Part shown: positions 18,293 through 33,870 of the stretch, in pieces
Layout: the number at the start of each line of letters is the position of its first letter
Position numbering within the stretch: the first letter of the stretch is position 1
NCBI RefSeq assembly: GCF_009914755.1
Contig: NC_060931.1
Strand: one strand, 5' to 3'
From: the human T2T-CHM13v2.0 reference genome, Homo sapiens
DNA: 64,000 nt
The notes under the pieces: generated by a model
What the model was told of the DNA's origin: nothing
Seen by the model: only the letters and a program-made list of their open reading frames with translations
The model's database searches: none
Program-made: the position numbers and the translations under genes

Positions 18293-19205
18293 TAGGGGGT
18301 TTCACCATATTGACCAGGCTGGTCTTGAACTCCTGACCTCAAGTGATCCACCCGCCTAATCCTCCCAAAGTGCTGGGATTACAGGCATGAGCCACCGTGC
18401 CTGGCCTTGGCTTCCCTTTAATAAATCACCACTCAATTTGATGTGGAGGCTCTGTTAGTTCGCAAAATATAATGAGTGGATTATTTCCAAATCCACTTCC
18501 TCTGTTTTATCTATCAGTGTAATCAAGGGCCAGGGTCTTCCCTTGTTCTTGCCTCAAGGTGAAACAGAAGTGGCTTCCCTGTGCTCCGCAGCAGGTTAGA
18601 CCTAGGCTTAAATCCTGAAGAGTGCTGAGACTCCACTGCACACTGCCATGCCGAGGCCCCTGTGATGTGTCTCGACAGGGGTCCTCTCCCTCCAAGCTCC
18701 ATGAACCCCAGTGCTGGGACCCTGGTCACCAGCCTAAACTTAGTCTCAGAGTTCAGTAACCTTTAGGAACCCTGAAGCCCGTGACTTCTCACACCCCTGC
18801 CATCCTATTCTTAGTTCTCTGTCTGTATTAACTCAATTAATCCTGACAACTTTTGATGCAGAAACTATTGTTTTTTATGTTTTACAGGTGAAGAAACTGA
18901 GGCTTGGAGACGCAATGCAGCCTGCCCAAAATCACATGGTTAATAAGTTGCAGAACTAGAATTCAAACTCCAAGTCTACCTCCTGGACCCAAGCTCTTAA
19001 CCCCTGTGCTATGAGCTAATAACATATGGAGAATTTTGATTATTTTCCTTAGCATTTACCACCATATAACATAATATGCATTATACTTATTTATCTTGTT
19101 TATGCCTGTCTCTCCCACTAGACTATAAGCCCCACGAGGGCAAAGATCTTTATTAACTGTATCAGCATCTAGAATAGGCCCCAACCATAGAGTAGGCACC
19201 CAGTA

Positions 19206-19625
<420 letters not shown>

Positions 19626-19910
19626 TAATGGACCAAGAACACAGTCCCCCTATTCCTTGGAGATTTCAGAGATTGAAAACAATCTCAAACACCAAACACA
19701 ACTTACCAAAAGCTGCCTTGAGGGAGATGGATAGGTGAGGTCACCACATTCCTCGTCTTTCTGACACCACAGAGAAGCTTCCACTCTAAGGAAGCAGAAA
19801 CATGAGCTGTTGCTTTCTCTTAAGGTTTGAAACTCAGGTGCCTTATTTCCCCCAATGTATTCTTCCATTAGTAGGTAGTAAGTATAAAGCAAAACAAAAT
19901 AAGCAACTAC

Positions 19911-20238
19911 CTGATCCTCTTTTGAATGGCAAGATCTTTCTTCTCATCATCAGTGAGCCGAGATCGTGCCACCACACTCCAGCCTGGGCAACAGAGCAAG
20001 ACTCCTTCTCAAAAAAATAACAAGTCAGTGGATGTCATCTTTCCTCATTCCTCCCAGGGGTGCGCATTTTTCAGCATTCCCCAGTCACATCTTTCACTAG
20101 CATTGGATTGATGACATTTCCCATAGCACCCAGTCTTCCAGGCTCACTGGGGTTCTGGACAGAACGCATATTTACAGAGATGAGTCATGATGTACTTTTC
20201 AATCTGATCCATTATCTTCTCAACCCTTTCTGGAGGCA
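19911..20238 (-). pseudogene. RABGEF1: RABGEF1 exon VPPERVEK...IQKRIR, split in two by a 198-bp insertion
   Basis: 20153-20238: TTTCAG| VPPERVEKIMDQIEKYIMTHLCKYAFCPE. 19911-19954: TDDEKKDLAIQKRIR |GTAGTT. Foreign sequence occupies 19955-20152. Confidence 0.95.
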
Positions 20239-20405
20239 CTGAAATAGCCAAACAGACAGAAAAGCTCAAGAGAGTATATATACTCCTTGTACCGGTAGTA
20301 AGTAAGCCACTCCTTGTACTGGCAGTAAGCCTAAAAGTACTCACAGATTATATTAATCCTTCAGGAGAGTAAAATCTATCCATTAATATTATTTCCAATA
20401 TCCAC

Positions 20406-20748
20406 TGTTGCAGGATTTTTCCTTAGTTCAGCTAAAGATGGGGTCCTTGTCCGTCTCAAGGCCACAAAAATTTAGGCTCGCAGACGGTTTGAATAGTGAG
20501 TAAGACAGGGTTTTATTGGGACTCTCACAAGGCCAGAGTCCCTGCTAGAGTGCTTTCCGCCAGCAGCTAGAATACTGGGTTTTACACAGTAAGAAGACGT
20601 GCCAGGCTCCTCCCCACTATCAACAGTGCAAACATCCTGAAGTTCCACCCCAGTGCACAGGCCGGTTGGAGTTTTTCCGGGGAGCTCCACCCCACTGCAC
20701 AGGCCGGTTGGAGTTTTTCCGGGGACCCCTTCCTACCTAGCAGTCTCA
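20406..20748 (-). mobile_element. MER61A-like ERV1 solo LTR with an internal 42-bp-period duplication
   Basis: Minus strand starts TGAGACTGCTAGGTAGGAAGGGGTCCCCGGAAAAACTCCAACC and ends CTTTAGCTGAACTAAGGAAAAATCCTGCAACA; contains AATAAA; TSD-like CCAC/CCAT. Confidence 0.85.
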
Positions 20749-21419
20749 CCATGACCATCTCATTCTTTTTGCTACATCTACATATTATTAAATAGATTTA
20801 ATGCATGTTTTGATAATTTACGTATTTTATGGACACTTCTATTTATCTAACCCACTGAACATTTTTGGTGGCTTTATAACATTCCATTATATTAACTGAC
20901 TTATTCGACTCTCCTCTACCACTGTGCATTTAGGTTGATTCCCCTCTTTCACTGTTGTGCATCATAGCTATAAATAATTTTGTAAGGACTATCTTCTTTT
21001 GGGTTACTTCTCTGTGATACATCTCCAAAAGTGGCATTAACCTCTTAATAAGAATAAACAACTTTATAGTGCTAAGTATCTATTGCTAGCCACACTCCTC
21101 AGAAACTCAGTGCACACTGTCATTAACCACGTGTATGCGCTTATTTCCCTATGGCCCTTACAACATTGGGCTTGATAATTTGTATTTGATTTTACTGATT
21201 TTATATGTAGAACATACGTATGTATTCCTCACTTTCTGCCAAAGAATATTTAAAGTCTATTTAAAAGATAAATGCAGTTCAGCACAACAGACTAGAAAAT
21301 AAAAAGAATAACAAATAACTGTAATCCCAGTGCTCTGGAAGGCTGCAGCTAGAGGATCGATTGAGCCTAGGAGTTCAAGACCAGCCTGGGCAACATAGTG
21401 AGACCCCACCTCCAGTAAA

Positions 21420-21422
21420 GAC

Positions 21423-21454
<32 letters not shown>

Positions 21455-21487
21455 ATACATAGATAGACAGACAGATTATGATAGATA
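21420..21487. repeat. (GATA)n/(GA)n/(GACA)n microsatellite at an Alu monomer tail
   Basis: Seen directly. Confidence 0.88.
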
Positions 21488-21513
21488 TTTTAAAAATTCT
21501 TTAAAAACTTTAG

Positions 21514-21886
<373 letters not shown>

Positions 21887-22667
21887 CTAAATTAGTCAAG
21901 AGTCAGCCCATACATCTGTCTCTAACTAAACTTTTTAGCAACCATCACTAAGATGAAAACAGTCACATAATTCAGGGTTCAAAACATGAAAGCAAACTAA
22001 TTCTTCAGGTGAAATTCTGACACCAAAATCAGAAATTTCTCCCAAGGGTTCTCACAAGGATGTCACAGTAGAAGAGCATGAATAAGGCCAAGAACAAACC
22101 CCCAGAACTGGCTGTCTCAGACCTCATCTACACAGGCCACTGACATCACACGCCAAGCGCCAATACATCCTGTGGAAGCCCACAGCAGTCTGACCGTCTG
22201 GCTTAACTCTAAAAGGATGGCAGGACACTTGGGGTCAGAGGCAGTCACCTCATTCCCTCAGTGAAAATGGCCAAGCACTCATGGCACTTTGTGATCACCT
22301 TGACTGCAGCCCTAATCACTGTCAACTAGTTACTCATATACATGTCATTTGGCTGAATTAAAATTGATCCCTCATCTATAAAAGCCTAGGTACTACCTTT
22401 AGTAAAGTTTAGATATTTCACTGTATTAAGCTCTTATTTATATTCATGACTTCCCATGTTTTTTATTGCACAGATTTTTAAAAAGTTAATATTATTAAGC
22501 CTTTTATCTGGTCATTAAAAACAATTCTTTTGGCCAGGCGCAGTGCCTCACACCTGTAATCCCAGAACTTTGGGAGGCCGAGGCGGGCAGATCACCTTAG
22601 GTCAGGAGTTCAAGACCAGCCTGGCCAACATGGCAAAACCCCGTCTCTACTAAAAATACAAAAATTA

Positions 22668-22886
<219 letters not shown>

Positions 22887-22890
22887 TTAA

Positions 22891-23055
<165 letters not shown>

Positions 23056-23168
23056 TGAAATACGTATCCTAAGGTACTGTTCATATATATATATATATTT
23101 TTCTTTTCTTTTCTTTTTTTTCCCCCGAGACGGAGTCTCGCTCTCTCACACAGGCTGCAGTGGTGTGA

Positions 23169-23295
<127 letters not shown>

Positions 23296-24003
23296 ATAGT
23301 CTCACTCTGTCCCTAAGGAGTACAATGGTGTGATCTTGGCTCAGTGCAACCTCCACCTCCCGGTTCAAGTGATCCTCCTGCCTCAGCCTCCTGAGTAGCT
23401 AGGATTACAGGCACCTACTACAACACTCAGATAATTTTTATATTTTTAGTAGTGATGGAGTTTCCCCATGTTGACCAGGCTGCTCTCAAACTCCTAGCCT
23501 CAACTCATCTGGCTGCCTCGGCCTCCCAAAGTGATGGGATTATAGGCATGAGCCACCATACCCAGCTCATATCCTAATCTACTTTCTTCTCAATTTTTTC
23601 ATGTCAAGCTCTTTAATTTGGCTGGAATGTAAGGTGCATGGTATGAAACACAGAACTAAAACTCTATACAAGTGTATCTGTCATCACCATCAGCAGTTAG
23701 TAAAGCACAACCTTGTTCCCCCTCGTCCTCACAGGTGTCATGTAACTTGCTCCTGAGAAATTAAATCTATTTCTCAAATCTCTGGCTGATATCACTGTTC
23801 TGTATTTTCATTTTTTACCCAAATCTCATCTAGATGTGATGACTTTCATTTTAGAATGTATTAAAAACTCTGCTGGATTTAGAAACATCCCCGCTTCACA
23901 AATTCTTGCTTTTTACCCCCTCACAAAAATATCATATGGTATATTTGTTTCCTTGTTTTTCTATAATAAATAATGTAACACGGTAATTCAAATGATATTT
24001 TAA

Positions 24004-24222
<219 letters not shown>

Positions 24223-24291
24223 TGAGGGCCAGGTTGGTCTGTAACTCTTGACCTCAAGTGATCCGCCTGCCTCAGCCTCCCAAAGCACTGG

Positions 24292-24390
24292 GAGTGTGAT
24301 GACTAGGTTTTCACGTGTGAGATATGCCTCACTCACACCTTGTTACAACACTGGCACATTGCCTGTCGGATGTGAACAAAGACAAAAAAA
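24292..24390 (+). pseudogene. 5'-truncated U13 snoRNA (SNORD13-like) retrocopy with A-rich tail
   Basis: GAGTGTGATGACTAGGTTTTCACGTGTGAGATATGCC...CCTTGTTACAACACTGGCACATTGCCTGTCGGA resembles U13 (GAGCGTGATGATTGGGTGTTCA...TGTGTGAGATGTGCC...CCTTGTTACGACGTGGGCACATTACCCGTCTGA). Box C-like TGATGA is present, box D CTGA is degraded to CGGA, then ACAAAGACAAAAAAA. Confidence 0.82.
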
Positions 24391-24926
24391 GACCCTCACG
24401 CTCATAAGGGTGGAACTTGCTGTGACAGAGTTCATCTTGGCAGTGCTTGCTGAACACTTCCTGAATCTGGACTTCACTCATTGTGAGTCTCACAGAGAGA
24501 GGTTCTTCAGGTGAGGGTTATTGTCTTTAATTTCTTCTTCTGGAACACACTGTGTTGCCTTCTCCAAAACATCTGCAACCTCTAACGAGTCCTTGCAGAA
24601 GCCCTGAATGCTATACATATTTCCCTCCTCCACCAATTTTTGGCTGCTCTGCTCTGAGCCCTCAGTATCTGCCAGTGCTTGCTTATCTTCTTCCACAGCC
24701 TCCTTCAGCTGCTCTTCTAACTTGACTTCTTCCATGAGTATCTTGTCCATAGAGGGAGTATCTGTCCTCCATTTGGTTTGGATCCACATCCTCTTCCAAG
24801 TGCTGGCAACTGTTCTTTTGTTTTGTAGCTGTGTGCAGAACTGAGGAGAAGGCCTGGAGACAATGCCAACACCGGGAGACCGCGTGGCACCAGCCTCACG
24901 CATGGAGCCGCCGTGGCTGCCCCGGG
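24391..24926 (-). pseudogene. GRPEL1: Processed GRPEL1 (mitochondrial GrpE) pseudogene, 3'-truncated
   Basis: Intronless. VRLVPRGLPVLALS matches the presequence VRLARRSLPALALS; KLEEQLKEAVEEDKQALADTE...FCKDSLEVADVLEKATQCVPEEEIKDNNPHLKNL and EVQIQEVF...KFHPYERE match the GrpE core. Start ATG appears as ACG (24912-24914); frameshifts present. Confidence 0.93.
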
Positions 24927-25339
24927 ATGATGATTTAAGTTTCCCCTCGCCCATCACTATATGCTTCTATGAAATGTTTTAAATTATTTTTATTCCTTCA
25001 GCATAATTATCAAATACATCTTTTATCTATTTTTTTCCTTATGACTTACAGATTCTGAGAGCTCAGAGCTATTTCCACTGCCTCACTTCTCATCCTCACT
25101 GCTTCTAGTTTTAAAATTAGGTCCTGGGTTGCTACCCCCGCTGAGGTTCTCACAATAATTAAAGCCTATTTGCTGGTTAAGGTTGCTTTGTTTTGGATAC
25201 ATACTTCTGTTCTTACAGTAATTACACAGCAGGGCAAATTACTCCTTGCATAAATATACACTTTAGAACAATGGAGTCATTTTAAAATATAGAAGGACAC
25301 TTATCTTTCTACTTATTGTGGGAAAGATCATGGAAATGA

Positions 25340-25810
<471 letters not shown>

Positions 25811-26795
25811 TGAGAAAAAAGAGCTTATCAGAATGACTACTAAGATGTCTTGTTGTAGAAACTGAATTGATTGCCCTGAAGGGAGTATTAAGGGATTAAT
25901 AAAAATTAAAAAAATAAAAATAACTGAATTGAGAAACCCAAAAAATGGGCACTCCAGCCCATTTTAATAATAATTATTATTATTATTATTCAAGTTATGT
26001 TGTACATATTCGGTTTCAAAATTTAAAAATTTAAAAATTAAGCTTTATTAATTTGGTTCATCAATTTAAATTCTTGCTATGATTTGTAAGAACAGAAAAG
26101 TAGCTGGTGACAATCGTATGTTCAACATAAAAGGATTTTGTGTTAATGACATGGCTGCCTATCTCATTTGCAATGGAAATATCTTGTTTAAAGGACCTAT
26201 ACAGGTACTACAAGAGTATACATGTTTTAACATTAAATAGCTACTAAGAATAGCAAGAAAGAAAACAGAGCAAAATAAACAAGCTTCAGAAAAGTATTAG
26301 CAAACAACAATATTTGCTGAATAGCACTGGGTGCAGTGGCTCACACCTGTAATCTCAGCTCTTTGGGAGGCCAAGTTGGGAGGATCACTTGTAATTCAGG
26401 AGTTCAAGACTAGCCTGGGCAACACAGGGAGATCCCGTCTCTACAAAAACTAAAAAACTCAGCCAGACATGGTGGTGTGTGCCTATAGTCCCAGCTACTC
26501 AGGAGACTAAGGCAGGAGGATCACTTGAGTCTGGGAGGTCAAGCCTGTGGTGAGCTGTGACTGTGCCACTGGGCTCCAGTCTAGGAGACAGAGTAACACC
26601 CTGCTTCAAAAAAAGAAAGGAAGGAAGGAAAGGAAAGAAAGAGAGATGTGTTGCACAGTACAGCATTACATGGAAATACTGCAGTGGGTATGAAAATTAT
26701 TAGGTGCTGAAATTTAAATTCTAAAAACAAAAAACATCTAAGTGTAGATAAAGTGTTTCTCGATAAAGATAAAATGGCTTAAAAATTTTAAGGCA

Positions 26796-27289
<494 letters not shown>

Positions 27290-29198
27290 TTATGGCAAGG
27301 CTGCCTGGGCAGTTTTTAAACAGGTAAGAATGAATTCTTATATTGCATAGGCCCTTAGGATACCATCTAGAAAGTTTAGTTGGTGGGAATAACATGAATT
27401 TAAAGTTTTTAAGCAGTTTTGATAAATTGAGTACAAAGGCTATTTTATACTACCACATTCTTCACAACGTCAGAGGAACTGCCCCAAGAAATTTATATGA
27501 TTACTGATCTGAAGTTAGTTAGGTTAGTTCAGGTGTAAAGAGTGTTTATTTACTTATTTGAAAGGACATTAACTTGCAGCCAAAGGCCAAAAGGGCTTCT
27601 CTAGGGACATTCAGTTTAAAAAACATCTCTTTCATATACAGTATGTGCAGACTTCATGTTGGACACTAAAGATACCGGAGATACATGCACAGGACTTGGC
27701 CACCTAACTATGAAACACACAGTGTAGAAATGGAAAATAGGTGGCTTAGTGGCTCTTCAAACAGGAGAAATCTGAGGCCATATCCAGGTGTCTGATATAA
27801 ACTAGTGATGCCTTACAAATAGGCATGGTGATATTTGTACTAGTTAATTACCTCTTTACTTTAGTACACTAATTTAGAAGTCTACTAAATTATTATAGAA
27901 CAAGAACACATCACACTTCCGAGCAAAAGAAAAACATCAAATCCAAGTTGAGCAATTTTCTAAAACATATTATTATACAGCATATATGCTTAAGTACTAC
28001 AATATACATATTCTAAGTTAGTACAGCTATCCCATCAACATTTCATGTGGGCTCAAGAATAAATACAAAACCTCAGTTTTTAGTTCTGATAAAAATGAAA
28101 GACGTATGTCACATGAACTCTGAATTTTTCCATATTAAGGATATCTATCATGGTTCCTAACTTAAAAAAAAAATCAATAACAGCTCACTTGTTTTAACTC
28201 CAAATGTTTTACTCTAGAGAGAAAAAATACCTAGAGAAAGACAGCTACTTACTTACACAGTCTAATTACATTTCTGAAGGGCGAGAAAGCAAGCTTTTCT
28301 CCTTTACAAACTGAATTCAATATCTAAAAATTATTTCAACACAAGTCCACTGCTTATTAGCCTAGTGATTGCTGACCCCAGCTAGAATATAGCTAAACAG
28401 TTAAACACCCCTGCTGCTTTTCTAATTTCCTTTTTCTTTCTAAGACTTCCTTACTGCATAGAAGGAACTTTCGGAGCTAATTCTGAGTTTAATGGTTATA
28501 GAATGTTACAACAGAATTAATCCCTATTTACAAAATGAATTCCTTTACAGGCAGTCTTATGAATTATTGCCACTGAAATTATGGGTCAGAAATTATGGAT
28601 AAAAGAAACAGGTGTGGAAGTCACAACTACTTGACATTGGCAAAATCTAGCTGTGTAACCTTGGACAAGTCACTTATCCTCTTTGGCTCTCAACTTCCTC
28701 ATCTATAAAATAAAGGGACTGAAACTCCATAGTTGCTAAAGTCCCTTTCATTGTCTAAATTCTGTCCTTTCTCTAACTGAATGAAAAAATTCAAAATCAA
28801 AATACAAAGAACAAAACAGAATTCCACAACAACAACCCTTAAAATTACTGCCACTGGCCTAACAATGGTTGCACAGAGTTAAAGGTCTACTATGGCAGTT
28901 TATACTATTTACAAGGTCACAAGTCAAAAAGGCCTGTTACTAAAAGCACATAATTCAAGTGGCTTCAAGGTCAGAATTTCCACACAAAGATGATCCAAAC
29001 ACCACTGAGTTGCAGTGGAAAAGTACTAGCCTCAGAGTTGGGTTTTAGCTTGATTCAGAGGCTTTTCTTAGGTAAGTAATTTAACATCTCTTGGTCTTGA
29101 TTTTCTCCGGTATAAAATGACAAGGTTGCACTATATTATCCCTAAGACCTTTTCTCAAACCAAAGCTCTATGTTTCTATGTGGTTATTCTCAACCTAC

Positions 29199-29362
29199 CC
29201 TTTTGTAATGCATCCCTTCCAAAAACAGCTTGGTCTGTTTATAGATTTCTTGGCCTGTCTTGTGGAAGGTCTTGAGAAATTCTATGAACTCCTTAGACAC
29301 TCTATCCGTTTCAATGCTGGTTCGCCGGTTTATGGAAGGACTGGCTTTTGCTTCCTGAATTT
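29199..29362 (-). pseudogene. RABGEF1: RABGEF1 third coding exon (helical-bundle region)
   Basis: TTTTCCCAGCAG| (NAGNAG) EIQEAKASPSINRRTSIETDRVSKEFIEFLKTFHKTGQEIYKQTKLFLEGMHYKR |GTAGGT. Only an in-frame one-codon deletion and one substitution versus the parent. Confidence 0.96.
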
Positions 29363-30222
29363 CTGCTGGGAAAATTAAACATAGAAAGTTTCATGACATA
29401 AAAGATCCATGCGTGGAATTACTTTAAGTATCTTACCTAAGGTTATTTAAATTATGCTTCATCAAGGTTAAACTTGAATTTAAATCATTTTATGTTTGAA
29501 TGATTGGACAACTTACCTTAAAGTAAACTAAATCTGTTTTACAAGTAGGAAGTATGAGTAGACAAAACTACATTATCTAAAAGATATTCCTACTGAAATA
29601 AAAGTTGTTCTATTAATATTTTCTTTGCCAAAATCTACCATGCTTTCATCTATATCTTCAATCATGAACACTGAAATGGCACCACTAGGCTTCTCAAAGA
29701 CTGCTGGAGTTTATAAAACCAGTCAACAAATAGAATAACAATCAATAGAAGCACTGAAATGTTAGATGACTTATAAATGTTAGACAACCTTTCCAAATCC
29801 CATTTTACTTGACAAAAAGGCAAAGGTTAATGTGTTTGTGTGGAGACTCACAATTATTTACCCACCATTTCGTTGGTGAGTCATACTGATCAAAGTGAAA
29901 GAATGAATCCAAAGTATTAATAGCATGATGAACACGACAAAGCATACAATGAAGAGACAAGGGAAACATGCACTACACTATCCCACCGGCTGGGCAGACA
30001 ATTCTTTCCCCTCTTCAGATAAACACACTGAAAGGAAAATGGGACATTTACACAAGAGAGGTAAGGATGTTGTAATAGGCAGTAAGTGCTTTCAGAAAGT
30101 ATGAACTACCACTTGGTCTTTGACCACATTCTAAGCCTCCTGATTTTGAACTATGCTCTCTAATGTTTATAAGGAATTTAAGTTCCCCATATCCCAATGA
30201 TTTCCTAAAAATAATTTTTTAA

Positions 30223-31387
<1,165 letters not shown>

Positions 31388-31960
31388 AACATTTCTATTT
31401 CTCCAAAATTTTCTACTAATAAAATTTTACATGTACCAAATGAAATATGTACATTTTAGCATTACTTGTAATAGCAAAAGACTGGAAATAACTGGCCATC
31501 ACTGATGGACTAAATAAATTATCCTTTAATCCATAAAATAAAATGCCATAGGGTTTTAAAATTAAAAAGTATGCTTCTTGTGTACTGATATGGAAAGAGC
31601 TCATAAATGTATTGGAAGCAAAAACATAAATTAGCAACATAGTGAGATGCTCTCTCTACAAAAAGTAAAAACATTAGCCAGGCATGGTAGTGCGTACCTA
31701 TAGTGCCAGCTATTTGGAGGGGCTGAGGCAGAAGGATCACTTGAGCCCAGGAGTCTGACTGCACTCCAGCCTGGGTGACAGAGTGAGACCTGGTCTCAAA
31801 AAAAAAAAAAAAAAAAGTAAGGGATGTACACTGTGCTGTGTTTTATATAAAACAGGGGGTAGCGGGGTAAGAATATATGTGTTTATAAATTAGAATAAAA
31901 GCACAGAAGGATACATAAGAAACTAATAACAAAAGTTCTGTGAAAGTAGGGGAGCAATAG

Positions 31961-32259
31961 GCCGGGCGCGGTGGCTCACGCCTGTAATCCCAGCACACTG
32001 GGAGGCTGAGGCGGGCGGATCACGAGGTCAGGAGATCAAGACCATCCTGGCTAACACGGTGAAACCCCGTCTGTATTAAACATACAAAAAATTAGCTGGG
32101 TGTCGTGGCAGGCACCTGTGGTCCCAGCTACTCGGGAGGCTGAGGCAGGAGCCACTGCGTGAACCCAGGAGGCAGAGCTTGCAGTGTGCCGAGATCGTGC
32201 CACTGCACTCCAGCCTGGGCGACAGAGTGAGACTCTGTCTCAAAAAAAAAAAAAAAAAA
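31961..32259 (+). mobile_element. AluY-type element with long TSD
   Basis: GGCCGGGCGCGGTGGCTCACGCC...poly(A); TSD AAAGTAGGGGAGCAATA / AAAGTAGGGGAACAATA. Confidence 0.93.
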
Positions 32260-32539
32260 GTAGGGGAACAATAGCAGTGGTACTTAGGAACTAGATGGGC
32301 GAGAGACAAAGTAGAAAGGAAACTTCTAACCATACCTGTTACGTTTGAGTCATTTGGATATACTACCTATTTTTTTTAAGCACATAAATAAATCAGGTAC
32401 AATCTAATTCAAAACAAAAAGGGCAACATCTTTTCTAAAATTCTTTTATGTAAATAAAAAACCAAAGACTGTGCTGACATCTGTATGATTAGGAAAAAAT
32501 TCTTTATCAAAAATCCTTCTCTGTCTGATAATTCCGCTT

Positions 32540-33870
32540 CTAGTCATGATGGAATACTCTGATGGCATCAGGTTTACCCTACTATCTTAACAACTGAAGG
32601 GTGAGACAAATATATGAACAAAAGGTTTTCAGACATTGGATGACAAGCAAACAGCAGATTAACTCCTGAAAGAAGGGAAACAAATACAGTCTGTCCTAGA
32701 GTGTCCCAGCTCACTGCTGGGAGAGTTTTAAAGTCATGGCACAGGGAGAGGCCACTCAAACAGAGCCTAGCTGACTTGCTGAATTGAGGAGACAGCATTT
32801 GGAGTTCAGGGAGGCCGATGTGACCAGAATTTGCATGGCAAAATATCATGCAAACACTACGGAGGGGAGAGGGCTACACAGAAAAAGCTCCAGGTATCTG
32901 CAGAGGGTTCCCTTGAGTGTGGCTGAGTACTGCACATGCATATGAGGAAACTACCCAAGATGAAAGAACCACCAAGTAACATGTAGAACCACAGCACAAA
33001 GGACAGGAGGAAGAAATATAAGAATCTTGTTTAAGATTCTTATATGTAAAGTCGTATAATACTATTATTAAAAAAATTTTTTTCTGTAAAGTGGTATAAA
33101 TATTATTTGAAGGTAAGTTAAAGACGTATTCTGTAAACCCCAGAACAACCAGTAACAAAAACCAAACAAAACCAAACAAACAGAACAAAGAGGTGTAGCT
33201 AACAAGCTGATAGTGGAGATAAAGGTGTGGTCATAAAGAAGGCAAAAAAAGAGGAGAAATGGAACTAAAACAAGATGAGATAAACACAAAAAGCAAGATG
33301 ACAGGAGTAAAACTTCCCTTATCAAAAATCACATTAAATATAAGTGCTATAAACAGTCTGATTAAATGTCAGAGATTATCAGATTAGATTAAAAAACAAG
33401 ACCTCACTTCATGTTGTCTGTAAGAAATTTACTTTAAATATAAAGATACAAATATGTTAAAAACTAATGAAAGGAAGAGGATACTCTGAAACAATGAAAT
33501 AGAGCTTAAGTGGTTATACCAATGTTAGACAAAGTAAACTTAAGAACATGGACCATATTATCAAGAACACAGAGAGGTATCTCATCATAAAAAAGGGGTT
33601 AATTCTTCAAGAAAACCCAGCAATCCTAAATTTGTATATACTAATAACACTGCTTCAAAACACATAAAACAAAATTTGATAGAACTGAAAGGAGAAACAA
33701 ATTCACAATGATATTTGGAGATTTCAATACTCCTCGCTTAGTAATTGACAGAGAGGTGATTTTTAAAAAGTCAGTAAAGACAGAAAACTTGAATGATGTT
33801 ATCAACCAACTTGACCTACCTGACATTGATAGAACACTCAACCCAATAAAAACATAATACATATTCCATC
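32540..33870 (+). mobile_element. Old L1M fragment (5' region and decayed ORF2 endonuclease start)
   Basis: A-rich. CAGAGATTATCAGATTAGATTAAAAAACAAGAC, TTGGAGATTTCAATACTCCTC and ATCAACCAACTTGACCTACCTGACATTGATAGAACAC are typical of the L1 ORF2 N-terminus. Confidence 0.8.
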
